Source of the DNA: a virus
Virus record (IMG/VR): IMGVR_UViG_3300036823_000383
Coordinates: 1-64,000 of that record
Length of the DNA: 64,000 nt
Strand: one strand, 5' to 3'
Shown here: piece after piece, positions 17,312 through 26,443 of the stretch
Numbering within the stretch: position 1 is the first letter of the stretch
Layout: every line of letters starts with the position of its first letter
The notes under the pieces: model-generated
What the model was told of the DNA's origin: nothing
The model's database searches: none
The model's input: the letters and a program-made list of their open reading frames with translations, nothing else
Position numbers and translations under genes: made by a program

Positions 17312-17788
17312 GTGACCCGCTGTCTCGTTGATGACTGCGCCGGAGAGCTCCGCGTCGGGCTCGATGGAGGGATCGGCTGCTCGACCTGCCAGCGCGCGTT
17401 CGGGTCGGAGTCTTTGTTCCGCCAGATCGACCAGCTGCGAGCGGTTGCCGCCGGCGCGCCGTCCGTCATCGAGGAACTCTCACGTCTGCGCACGCTCATC
17501 AACACGCCTCGGATCGACGACTTTCTCGAAGCTGTCCGGCTCGAAGCGGCGCACCAAGCGGAGCGCTTCGGCGTCGTGCACGACGGCGGCAAGGCGCCAT
17601 CGGATTGGTTCTGGCTCCTCGGCTTCCTCTCGGGCAAGGCGCTCGCGGCCGCGGTGAAAGGCGACACCGACAAGGCGTTGCACCACTGCATCTCGTCGGC
17701 AGCGGTGCTGCTGAACTGGCACGCGCATCTGTCGGGTGCGCGTCGCGGCATGCGGCCGGGCATCGCGCCGCCGGAGGACATCCGATGA
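17312..17788 (+). CDS. Conserved phage hypothetical protein
   Basis: DFLEAV..EAAHQ..HD.GK...DWFWLLGFL.GKA..KALHH.ISSAA.L.NWH. Confidence 0.7.
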   Translation: MTRCLVDDCAGELRVGLDGGIGCSTCQRAFGSESLFRQIDQLRAVAAGAPSVIEELSRLRTLINTPRIDDFLEAVRLEAAHQAERFGVVHDGGKAPSDWFWLLGFLSGKALAAAVKGDTDKALHHCISSAAVLLNWHAHLSGARRGMRPGIAPPEDIR

Positions 17789-18036
17789 GCACGTTCTGGT
17801 GCTGGGAGGCGGAGAACGAAGAGTCTGACGATGCGGAGCAGGTCGACGCTTACGATGCCGAGTGCGCCGCTGAGAAGTACATCGAGAGCCGGTGGTCCGA
17901 CTTCGATCACCCTGAGACGTCGTCGGTGGACGTGCGCGATGCGCAGGGGACCGTGACGCGCTGGACGGTCACGACCGAGCCGACGGTCGTCTTTCATGCG
18001 TCCCGCAAGAAGCTCGACGTCAAGGAGTTGCCGTGA
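17785..18036 (+). CDS. Hypothetical protein
   Basis: ATGA-coupled, GGAGG RBS. Confidence 0.6.
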   Translation: MSTFWCWEAENEESDDAEQVDAYDAECAAEKYIESRWSDFDHPETSSVDVRDAQGTVTRWTVTTEPTVVFHASRKKLDVKELP

Positions 18037-18172
18037 ATCCCGCTCCGACGCTTCCCATCATCGAAGCCGGCGTCGAGTGCACGCGCGTGGTGCACGGCGT
18101 CGGCGTGGCCGTCCTCGTTCGGCGCGATGAGCACGGTTTCATCTTCCGCCGCACCTACCGGAGGAACCGTCG

Positions 18173-18607
18173 ATGAAAGACGAGTGGACCGCCGAGGAAT
18201 GGGCGGCGATGGTGCCGGCAGACGTCGGACTCACCCGCAAGCCCGCGGTGAAGTACGAGTGCGACGGCTCGTGCGGGCACGTGTTCCGATGCCGCTCGCC
18301 GGGGATGCGTTTCGCGTGCGGCCGCTGGTTCTGCGCATGCCCGGGCGGCTCGGACGACAACCGATGCGCGGAGTGCTGGTGCCGGCTCGACCGGGCGGCG
18401 CCGGGACTGATCCGCAAGCTGCTGCGCGGCTCAGCGTGGCTCGCCGAGACGACGCTCTGCAGGCTCATCGCGGGCGAGGACGAGCATCCGGTGGTCGTCG
18501 ATGCGCTGTTTCAGCTCGTCGTCGACAAGCAGATCGAGTGGTTCGGCGACAACGCGCGCCGTGGCGCTCCGCTCCGGTACCGGCTCACGCGTCGAAAGGC
18601 CGCCTGA
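18173..18607 (+). CDS. Cys-rich hypothetical protein
   Basis: GGAGG RBS, nine Cys in the N-terminal half. Confidence 0.55.
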   Translation: MKDEWTAEEWAAMVPADVGLTRKPAVKYECDGSCGHVFRCRSPGMRFACGRWFCACPGGSDDNRCAECWCRLDRAAPGLIRKLLRGSAWLAETTLCRLIAGEDEHPVVVDALFQLVVDKQIEWFGDNARRGAPLRYRLTRRKAA

Positions 18608-18864
18608 TGAGCACCGTCGACGAGCATCCCGTCCACCGCGCAGCCCGCCAGCTCGCCGAGTGGGCCTACTGCGACTCGATGATCGAGCTCAATCGCTCGA
18701 AGCTCCGGGAGCTTTTGAGCGAGGACGAGCAGACGTCGGGGTACCTGCCCAGCGACGAGCAGTGCATGCAGTTCATTTGCGGTGGTGACGACGGCGCTCC
18801 TCCCCCTGACCTGGTCCGCGACTTCCCAAAGACGCACGCCTGGCTCGAGGAGTTCTGGTCGTGA
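18607..18864 (+). CDS. Hypothetical protein
   Basis: TGATG-coupled. Confidence 0.55.
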   Translation: MSTVDEHPVHRAARQLAEWAYCDSMIELNRSKLRELLSEDEQTSGYLPSDEQCMQFICGGDDGAPPPDLVRDFPKTHAWLEEFWS

Positions 18865-19169
18865 TCCTGGTCGACGAGCTGGTGGTATGGCCGCACGCGA
18901 AACACCGCTGTTTCAAGGGCGGGTCAGCCCACCTGACGACTGACGGTGACATCGAGGAGCTTCACGCTTTCGCGAAGCGGATCGGTCTCCGCCGCTCGTG
19001 GTTCCAGGATCACCCGTCGCACCCGCACTACGACCTGTCTCCAAAGCGGCACGCGGCTGCAATGAAGGCCGGCGCGCACTTCGTTCCGGCGTTCGACCAG
19101 GCACGGATGCGGATCGCGGCGCGCCGCGCGAAGGAGCAAGCGAGGCTCGAAAGGGAACTCGGAGCATGA
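18861..19169 (+). CDS. DUF4031 domain protein
   Basis: VD..HL..D..EELHAFA.RIGLRRSWFQ..HYDL..R..A..AGA. Confidence 0.88.
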   Translation: MILVDELVVWPHAKHRCFKGGSAHLTTDGDIEELHAFAKRIGLRRSWFQDHPSHPHYDLSPKRHAAAMKAGAHFVPAFDQARMRIAARRAKEQARLERELGA

Positions 19170-19471
19170 ACTTCTACGATCTCGGGCTCGAGGCTGTCAC
19201 CGATGTCGACGGCTGGGCGGTGTTCTCCGGCTGCGATGGAGAGGATCCGCGCTTCGTCTCGTTCCACGTCGACGAGTCAGACGCGTGCGAGTGCGTTCGC
19301 CGGATGAAGAGCGACCCCGAACGGAGCGACGACGTCGCTGCGGAGCTCGCAGTGCTCACCAGCGACATGGGTGTGGTTTCGGCGAACGACTTCGAGCTGC
19401 AGACGCATGAGCAGCTTCGCGCTCGGATCGAGCAGGCCAGAGCCGCCGGGCTGGCGGACGAGCTGCGATGA
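19166..19471 (+). CDS. Hypothetical protein
   Basis: ATGA-coupled. Confidence 0.55.
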   Translation: MNFYDLGLEAVTDVDGWAVFSGCDGEDPRFVSFHVDESDACECVRRMKSDPERSDDVAAELAVLTSDMGVVSANDFELQTHEQLRARIEQARAAGLADELR

Positions 19472-19959
19472 GTTCCTCGACGAAGTGCCCGGGCTGCTGT
19501 CGCGCCGTCGGTCACGACTGGAGCTGTCGCTTCTGTGGTCCGCAGGAGGACCAGCGAACCGCTGACGACTGTCTGCGGTGCTGCGTGGCGACCCTGATCG
19601 GGGTTCCGTACGAGGGTGTTCCGCACTTCGTCGAGCTCGCCGGCCCGGACGCTTGGCTCGCGCTGCTCTGGTGGTGCGAGTGGCAGGGGCTCGTTTTCGA
19701 GTGGGACTCGGACGACCCCGGCGTGCCTTGCATCGCAAAGGGGCCGAGCCCGCGCGACCCCGCTGCGAGGACGCACGCCGTAATCTGGTCGAGCGGCGGC
19801 GTCGTCTTCGACCCGCATGCGTCGCGTGACGGGCTCGCAGGGGCGCCGTCGATGTTCGCTCTGATTCGGCCAAAAGAGGCGCAACCGCGGGGCGAGGGCG
19901 CCGATTGCCCGCCGTGCGACGCCAGCGCCGATCCGTTCGAGGAGGCGAAGGAACCATGA
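19468..19959 (+). CDS. Putative papain/C39-like fold protein
   Basis: Q...DC..C.A.L..VPHF, then G.SPR, HAVI and VFDP. Confidence 0.55.
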   Translation: MSSSTKCPGCCRAVGHDWSCRFCGPQEDQRTADDCLRCCVATLIGVPYEGVPHFVELAGPDAWLALLWWCEWQGLVFEWDSDDPGVPCIAKGPSPRDPAARTHAVIWSSGGVVFDPHASRDGLAGAPSMFALIRPKEAQPRGEGADCPPCDASADPFEEAKEP

Positions 19960-20498
19960 CGAAGAGACTGGCGAAGGCCATCACGATGCTGAGCAAGCTG
20001 GACGAGGAGCAGACTGAGGAGCTGGCGAGAGCTCTACCGCCAGAAGCTCTCCTGTCGGCGCTTTGCGCTCTCGAGGGTTCACAGCGATCCACGTTGCTCG
20101 CGGAGTTACGCTGGGACGATTCCGGCGGGAAGTACTACAACAAAGCGCGCGTGTACGGCGCCGTCGCGGCTCAATACCGCGAGACTCTCGAACACCTGGC
20201 GAGGGCGGGCAGCGAGCGCGCCAAGGCGGCGTTGCTCTGGCGTGAATCCGAGCTGGGAGGCGTCCCTCGCGCGGAGCTCGAGGCGTTCGAAGCGCTCATG
20301 CGTTTGTCGCCGGCGGTTCCGGTACCGATGGTCCTCCACTGCCCGGAGTGCAGGGCCCGCCACGTCGACGAAGGCGAGTTCGCGACGAAGGTCCACCACA
20401 CCCAATCTTGCCAGTCGTGCGGGCTGACGTGGCGCCCGGCCGTCGTCGCCACGATCGGCGTGCAGTTTCTCCCAGGGTTCAAGAACGAGACCCCATGA
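19956..20498 (+). CDS. Hypothetical protein with C-terminal zinc ribbon
   Basis: LHCPECRARHVD..HHTQSCQSCG.TWRP. Confidence 0.65.
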   Translation: MTKRLAKAITMLSKLDEEQTEELARALPPEALLSALCALEGSQRSTLLAELRWDDSGGKYYNKARVYGAVAAQYRETLEHLARAGSERAKAALLWRESELGGVPRAELEAFEALMRLSPAVPVPMVLHCPECRARHVDEGEFATKVHHTQSCQSCGLTWRPAVVATIGVQFLPGFKNETP

Positions 20499-22258
20499 AG
20501 ACGCTCCGAATCTCAGACACGTTCGCGCCGCCCGTGGAGTGGCTACAGCTCTCGACGGTGACGTACGGCGCCTCCGGCTCGGGCAAGAGCGCCTTCGGGC
20601 GCACGCTCGCGGAGGAGGCCCACGCCGCGGGTATGCGGTTCGTCGTGATCGACGTGAAGGGCGACTACTACGGCCTGAAGAGCAGCGCGGACGGGAAGCG
20701 CGAAGGGCTCCCTATCGTCGTGTTCGGCGGCGACCACGCGGACGTCCCGCTAGACATCAACGCGGGCGCGGTCTTCGGTGAGACGATCGCGCAGCTCGCG
20801 CAGAGCGGCATCCTGGACCTGGAGCACTTCCCGAAGGACAAGCGCCTCGGCTTCCTCGCGGACTTCTTCGCGGCGCTCTATCACCACAACCGCGAGCCGC
20901 TCCTGGTGCTCCTCGACGAGGCCCAGGACTACGCGCCCCAAACGCCTCGCGGGCAGCTCGGGAGGGACGCCGCGCGCTGCCTCTCCGCCGTCGAGGACCT
21001 CACGAAGATGGGACGGAAGCACGGCATCGGCCGAGTCTTCTTCACGCAGCGAGGGAGCGGGCTGAACAAGGAGGTCTCCGAGATCTGTGACGTCCTCGTG
21101 GCGTTCCGCACGCCGGGCACGCTCGACCAGGATCGGGTCAAGACGTGGCTCGGCTCGAGCGGCTCGAAGGCTCAGGTGCAGGAGGCCATGGCGCGGATTG
21201 ATGGGCTGCCGACAGGGACGGCGCTCTTCGCGAGCTCGCACCCGGCGGTGCGCCACTTCGGCGTGCATGCGGTCCGGATTCCCGTGACGTTCGACTCAAG
21301 CGCGACGCCGACGCTCGGGCGACGGAAGCAGGAGCCGACGAGGCTCGCGACGCCGGCGCTCGACGAACTCCGCGCGCGCCTCGCATCGACCATCGAGCGC
21401 GTTCAGGCGGATGATCCGAAGGCCCTCCGAGCGCGGATAGCGGAGCTAGAGAAGCGGTCGCGCCCCCACTTCGAATCGTGTCCGATGAACCCCGCCTGGT
21501 CGGGAACGGTCTGCAAGGGGCTGAACGACAAGTGCACGTGCGGCAAGCCTCCGGCGACGAAGGTCGAGCGCATCGAGGTACCGGTGCTCGGCGACGCTCC
21601 AGTCGGAGCTTTGGTCAGCAGCGCCGAGACCATGCGCATGCTCGGCGTCGACCTGGTCGAGACCGCCCGCGTCATTCGTGAGGCGCTCGATCGAGCACAA
21701 GGGGCCGCCATTGCTCCTCAGGGCGCGTTCCGTCCGGTCAGCGCGGGCTACGAGCCCCGGCCCCGGCTGGCCCATCCCGAGAGCGTTCATGCGGCGCCAC
21801 GAGCGCCGGCGCCATCGAAGGGAAAGCCGGCGCTCGACCGACGCATCCTGACGCTGCTTGCGCAGTACCAGGGTAAGGGCATGGACCAGGCGCGCCTCGC
21901 GCTGCACCTCGGTCTCCACCAGCGCAACAAGGGGCTCGCCAACACGCTCGGTCGACTGCGCACCGTCGGCTTCGTGCGCGGCCACGAGATCACGGAAACG
22001 GGGCTCACGGCGCTCGGCCCCTTCGCGGCGCTGCCGACGGGCCAACGACTCTTCGATTGGTGGTTCAACCAAAAGCTACGCCCGACGGAGGCTCGTGTGC
22101 TGCAGGCGATCTCCGAGCGCGACGACTGGACGCGCGAGGACCTCGCCTCGCGTCTCGGCGTGCACGAGCGCAACAAGGGGCTGGCGAACGCGATCGGGAA
22201 GCTGCGGTCGCTCCGACTCGTCGACGGGATGAGATTGTCAGAGGAACTCGTCGGATGA
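20495..22258 (+). CDS. HerA/DUF87-like P-loop ATPase with tandem C-terminal winged helices
   Basis: GASGSGKS, VIDVKGDYYG, LLDEAQ..APQ, GRKHGI..TQR. Confidence 0.85.
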   Translation: MKTLRISDTFAPPVEWLQLSTVTYGASGSGKSAFGRTLAEEAHAAGMRFVVIDVKGDYYGLKSSADGKREGLPIVVFGGDHADVPLDINAGAVFGETIAQLAQSGILDLEHFPKDKRLGFLADFFAALYHHNREPLLVLLDEAQDYAPQTPRGQLGRDAARCLSAVEDLTKMGRKHGIGRVFFTQRGSGLNKEVSEICDVLVAFRTPGTLDQDRVKTWLGSSGSKAQVQEAMARIDGLPTGTALFASSHPAVRHFGVHAVRIPVTFDSSATPTLGRRKQEPTRLATPALDELRARLASTIERVQADDPKALRARIAELEKRSRPHFESCPMNPAWSGTVCKGLNDKCTCGKPPATKVERIEVPVLGDAPVGALVSSAETMRMLGVDLVETARVIREALDRAQGAAIAPQGAFRPVSAGYEPRPRLAHPESVHAAPRAPAPSKGKPALDRRILTLLAQYQGKGMDQARLALHLGLHQRNKGLANTLGRLRTVGFVRGHEITETGLTALGPFAALPTGQRLFDWWFNQKLRPTEARVLQAISERDDWTREDLASRLGVHERNKGLANAIGKLRSLRLVDGMRLSEELVG

Positions 22259-22386
22259 CGATCACCCTTACCATCCCTGCGCTGCTCATCACGCTCGTGC
22301 AGCTCGTCGGGCTCGTTCTCCTCATCGCGCTGGCGTTCGTCGGTGCGGTATTCCTGTGGGCCTTTCGGAAAGGGTTCTGGCGATGA
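22255..22386 (+). CDS. Small membrane protein
   Basis: 43 aa, hydrophobic, ATGA-coupled. Confidence 0.55.
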   Translation: MTITLTIPALLITLVQLVGLVLLIALAFVGAVFLWAFRKGFWR

Positions 22387-23273
22387 CTGACCGCGCCGCC
22401 GCCATCAAGGCCACGACCGAGGTCAGCCGCGTCGTCGAGGAGCTCCTGCGAGAGAACGCGAGCCTGAAACGCGCCAGCGAGCAGCGCCAGGAGCTCATCA
22501 GTGGCATCGCGTCCGTGCTCGGGTGCGATCCGAACCTGGCATCGATCGCGCTCCGCGCCGCTGCCGTCCACCGCGAGCTCTCCGAGATGACGAAGCGGGC
22601 GGAGACGGCGGAGCAAGCCGAGGCGCGTTGCCGCGAGATGTACGGAGACGCCTTCCACGCCGCACTCGCGAAAGAGGACCAGCTTGCCACCGTCACGGCC
22701 GAGCGGGACAACAACGCGGAGCCGATGGCTCGCATCGTCGACCTTCCCGCAAAGACTTCGACACGCCGTTGCATCAAGACGAGTAACCCATGCGGCACTG
22801 ACACGTGGATGGCCGGCTACGAGTGCAAGTGCGCCGAGTGCCAGACTTGGCTCGGGGAGTACGCCCCGTCCGTCCCCGCAGTGCCCGCTCACGTTGCGGG
22901 TGGGGAGAGCGACGAGTGGGACGACGCGAAGATTGACGAGTTGCTCAATCGCGGCTCGCACATGTGGCTAGAAGTGAAGTCGGCGCTGGTATGCATGAAG
23001 CGCCGCAATGCCCGCATCGCGTCGCTCGAAGCCGCCTCAACCGTCACGATCAACGGCGAGACCATGTCGACGAGCGAGGCGCTCCGAATCTCGCGGAACA
23101 ACACGTGGCACGCGCGGGAGGCGCTTGAGCGGTTGCGCGAGGAACTCGCCACGTTGCGCGCTCGGGAGACGGACGTGGCGAAGAGGCAACGGGAGAGCGA
23201 TATCGCGCACCGCGGGCACCACTCGCCGATGGATTGGCCCCTCGTCACCGCGCCGAAAGGAGACAGGACGTGA
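22383..23273 (+). CDS. Coiled-coil hypothetical protein with Cys insert
   Basis: Coupled ORF; C..T.NPCGTDT..C.C..CQ module. Confidence 0.6.
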   Translation: MTDRAAAIKATTEVSRVVEELLRENASLKRASEQRQELISGIASVLGCDPNLASIALRAAAVHRELSEMTKRAETAEQAEARCREMYGDAFHAALAKEDQLATVTAERDNNAEPMARIVDLPAKTSTRRCIKTSNPCGTDTWMAGYECKCAECQTWLGEYAPSVPAVPAHVAGGESDEWDDAKIDELLNRGSHMWLEVKSALVCMKRRNARIASLEAASTVTINGETMSTSEALRISRNNTWHAREALERLREELATLRARETDVAKRQRESDIAHRGHHSPMDWPLVTAPKGDRT

Positions 23274-23509
23274 AGACGCGCAAAGAACTCGACGGGGAAT
23301 GGCTGGACGCCGCCTTTGCTCTACGACGCGGAGAGACGCCGGATTTGGGTGCTCTGGTCAGGGAGGAGCGCGCCGTCGTCGACAGGCAAGTCGCGGCGAA
23401 GGCAATCCGGTGGGCGGCGAAAGAACGCGAGCACGTCTACCCGCAGGCCATGGGGTTTCTCCGGGAGCTCGCGGACCGCCTCGAAAGCGGCGAAGTGGAG
23501 ATCGAATGA
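23270..23509 (+). CDS. Hypothetical protein
   Basis: AGGAG RBS, coupled. Confidence 0.55.
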   Translation: MKTRKELDGEWLDAAFALRRGETPDLGALVREERAVVDRQVAAKAIRWAAKEREHVYPQAMGFLRELADRLESGEVEIE

Positions 23510-23631
23510 AACCCCTCCGCATCCTCCTTGCCGGCGTGCTCTGCATCGTCGGCTGGATCGGGCTCGCGGCCATGGCGCTGGCGTTCGCGGTGTTTGATGC
23601 GGCTACGGGAGAGGAACGAGCCCGGCTTTGA
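23506..23631 (+). CDS. Small membrane protein
   Basis: Hydrophobic, ATGA-coupled. Confidence 0.5.
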   Translation: MKPLRILLAGVLCIVGWIGLAAMALAFAVFDAATGEERARL

Positions 23632-23828
23632 CCCCCGCCGACGTCACGGACCGCGTCGACGCTCTCCGCCGGAGCGCGCGCGGACACGAGGGCGCGGATG
23701 GCTGGGCCGGCGTGGAGGGCCAGATCTGGCGCGACGCCCTCTCCGCGATCGCCGACGGGTGCACCGAGCCGGAGGAGATGGCGCGCGCTGCGCTCGAGAC
23801 GGAGAAGATCGACTTCTCTCGGTGGTGA
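23628..23828 (+). CDS. Small conserved phage protein, last early gene
   Basis: V..RV...E..IW.D.L.AIA.G....A.AAL.T..IDF.RW. Confidence 0.65.
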   Translation: MTPADVTDRVDALRRSARGHEGADGWAGVEGQIWRDALSAIADGCTEPEEMARAALETEKIDFSRW

Positions 23829-23830
23829 GG

Positions 23831-24615
23831 TCACTTCGCGCAGCCGCAAACCCCGCCGTGATGCGAACAGCAGCCCTGGTGGCTCCCGCTGCAAGTGCAA
23901 GTCGGTGACAGCATGCCGTCGCAGCACCGGAGCGATCCGTCGCCGTCATCGTCGTCGCTCACCGCGGTCGCCCGCGCGCGGGCGGGGGGCGGCGGAGGCG
24001 GCGTCTCCGCAATCTTGGCGAGCTTCTCGGACTCCTTCTCGTCGCCGATGGCTTCCGACATCTGCATGACGATCTCGGCGCAGTTGCGGGGCCGTAGTCG
24101 CGGACGCAGGTGCGGACGCGCTGCTCGCGTCCGGACGGTCCGAGCAGCTTGATGTACGCGACATCCTTGTCGTGCTCCGCCTGCTTCACCGCGGCGGCTT
24201 GCGCTTCGCGCACGCGCTGCTCGTTCTCGCGTTGCTCGTGGGCGGCGATCTCTGCCGATTCGCGGAGCTTCTCACGCTGCTGCTGCTCGGCGATTGCGCG
24301 TTCTTGTCGCTCGTTCCCCTCCCGTATTTGCCGCTCTTCATCGGCACGCCGCCGTTCCTCGCGCCAATGGTTGGCGAGCCGCGAGGCGACTCCAAGGTCA
24401 GCGTTGGCGTCGTCGCACCGGATGTACCCGATGGTGTTTTCCTTGCACCGCGCCACCCTAGCCGCGGCCTCAGACTCGAGCGCCTCGCACGACTCGAGCG
24501 AGGCGCATCCGAGCTTCAGCTTGTCCGGGAAGTCGTCCGTCTGAAGAAAGACCGAGGCGCACCCCAGCAACGAGATACAAACGACGACGGACGCGACGTG
24601 GATACTCCGCCCCAT
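23831..24615 (-). pseudogene. Lipoprotein with C-terminal CCSHHGGV motif, split by a 1-nt frameshift near 24090
   Basis: Lipobox LLGC at the N-terminus; coding-like sequence changes frame at a C4 run (DYGP to NCAEIVMQMSE...CCDG..GCCSHHGGVC). Confidence 0.65.
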
Positions 24616-24749
24616 GATCCATCGGTAAAGCACGAGACGCGCGCGGAACGGAATCCTGCCGTTTCGTTCAGGATAGCGGCCACCTCTGTGGTCGCCGTAC
24701 AGTCGTGGCGATCCGTCCTTCGACGGACACCACAAAGAAGGGGGGCGCG

Positions 24750-24926
24750 ATGCCCGACGATCCGAACAAGCGTGGACCAGCAGACCGCGAGCGCATCAAC
24801 ATCCACGAGCCATGGGAGCTTCGCTATTGGGCCGATCACTTCGGCGTGACGGAGCAGCAGATCATCGACTGCGTGAAGAAGGTCGGCGTGATGGTGAAGG
24901 ACGTGAAGAAGTGTCTCGGTAAGTGA
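24750..24926 (+). CDS. DUF3606 domain protein
   Basis: MPDD..RG..DR.RINIHE.WELRYW...FGVT...V.KVG..V. Confidence 0.88.
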   Translation: MPDDPNKRGPADRERINIHEPWELRYWADHFGVTEQQIIDCVKKVGVMVKDVKKCLGK

Positions 24927-24932
24927 AAGCCA

Positions 24933-24960
24933 GGCCCCTCGCTGGACAGGGCGAGGGGCC
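24933..24960. terminator. GC hairpin between convergent genes
   Basis: GGCCCCTCGC-N8-GCGAGGGGCC perfect 10-bp stem. Confidence 0.65.
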
Positions 24961-24962
24961 GT

Positions 24963-25172
24963 TCACGCCGTCCCGGAGCCTGGCGGCACGTCGTGGCCTG
25001 GCGCCTCCCACGTCCAGAACAGGATGATCCGCTCCGTCTCGTTCGTGTCGCGGCACGCGGCCGTCCCCACGAGCCGCCATTCCGGCTGCGGATTTTCGAA
25101 AGGCTCGACGGGGTCCGGCGGCTTCTCGCTCGAGGGGTCATAGCTCTCGAACATCGTTCGGTACCGCATCAC
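24963..25172 (-). CDS. Small hypothetical protein
   Basis: Preceded by CTAGGGA element; ends at the hairpin. Confidence 0.5.
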   Translation of the reverse strand: MMRYRTMFESYDPSSEKPPDPVEPFENPQPEWRLVGTAACRDTNETERIILFWTWEAPGHDVPPGSGTA

Positions 25173-25709
25173 TTTTCCCTAGCGCGCGAGCGCGCCGGCG
25201 GCAGCCCGCTATCCTCCCGGACCTGCCGCACCCGACCCACTCAGGCGACTGCCCTCACGCCCCGAGCTGCTCAGCGGCGCTCGGCTGCTGCCACGAGTAC
25301 GCGCGCGTGCCGTCCTCGTGGGGCGTCCTCACGGGGCTCGTCCGCGGCGTCTGGGTGGCGCACACCTGGTCCCACCCGCGAGAGGCGACCATCCATCGCT
25401 CGACGGCGGGCGAGCCGCTGGACGCGCCACCGAGGTGGGCGAGGTAACGCGCAACCGGGTCCCCGAGGCTGCCGACGAGGGCGCCATGCTCACCGTCATC
25501 CTTGCCGCGCCCGGCGTCTACCGGGCGGAGCTCCGCGCCGCCGACGGCTCGCTCATCTGCCGTCTCGTTGGACCAGCGTGGTGGCTCCTCGAGCAGCTCG
25601 AGCACACCATGCCGGCGCCGCCCGCCGTTGACCCCTGCTCGATTGTTCCTTCTCAGGAGGCTCCTCGCGGATGGTAACTTTGAAGCATGAACCAGGGGAC
25701 CTCGTCGCC

Positions 25710-26387
25710 ATGAAGCTCATCGGATTCTCGTTTGCTGCGTTACTGCTGGTGAGCTGCGGTGCTCGCACGAACCTCGGCGAGGCCGTGAGCGATGGCCCGC
25801 AAGACGGCGCCGTCGTCGTCGGCGCTGGCGGTTTCGTCGGTACCGGCGGCGTCAGCGTCGTGTTGCCACCGGGCTCGGGCGGAGCTCGCCCGCTCGGCTC
25901 TGGCGGCTCGCGGCCGTCGGCTGGCGGCTTCCCGACGGGCGCCGGCGGGCACGGCGCAGGAGGCGTCGTCGTGGGCGCTGGCGGCTTCGTGGGCGCCGGC
26001 GGCACGACGATCGGGAGCGGAGGCCAGGTGATGGCGTCGGGCGGCACCGTCGGCGCGGGCGGCGCCATCGAGCCCGTCGACGCGGGCCCGAACTACTGCG
26101 ACCCGGCGATCCAATGCGCGGGACGGAAGTGCCGCGGCGTCATCGACTGCGGACACCTTCAGCAGATCGACTGCTCGCAGTACGTGACGTGCGCGTCGGA
26201 CGAGTACTGCCGCGGCCTCGACTTCCTAGGGTACTGCACGTCGGTGTTCGCGGGACTCGGCTGCGGCCCGGGCGGCGCGGTGCGCATCTGCGTCGGCAGC
26301 ACCTGCGAGGACTGCACGCTGCCTCCGGAGGAGCCAGGGTGTGCGACGCCGGATAACGGCGCCTCGTACCTCTGCCCGTCGAAATGA
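25710..26387 (+). CDS. Gly-rich/Cys-rich lipoprotein (myxobacterial style)
   Basis: Signal MKLIGFSFAALLLVSC, GAGG repeats, Cys-rich C-terminal domain. Confidence 0.8.
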   Translation: MKLIGFSFAALLLVSCGARTNLGEAVSDGPQDGAVVVGAGGFVGTGGVSVVLPPGSGGARPLGSGGSRPSAGGFPTGAGGHGAGGVVVGAGGFVGAGGTTIGSGGQVMASGGTVGAGGAIEPVDAGPNYCDPAIQCAGRKCRGVIDCGHLQQIDCSQYVTCASDEYCRGLDFLGYCTSVFAGLGCGPGGAVRICVGSTCEDCTLPPEEPGCATPDNGASYLCPSK

Positions 26388-26390
26388 CGA

Positions 26391-26420
26391 AGGCCCCCAG
26401 CTCCGAAGAGCCAGGGGCCT
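26391..26420. terminator. Hairpin between convergent morons
   Basis: AGGCCCC..GCTC-CGAA-GAGC..GGGGCCT. Confidence 0.6.
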
Positions 26421-26443
26421 ACCGCATTACCAGTAAGCGTCGG

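Noticed and set aside
20495-22258. Sir2-HerA or NurA-HerA system, or a conjugative VirB4/VirD4
   Set aside because: No partner nuclease, sirtuin or T4SS genes; it is embedded in the early operon
25175-25700. Small ORFs 25255-25605 (-) and about 25486-25677 (+)
   Set aside because: Conflicting overlapping candidates with no recognisable motif; cannot choose
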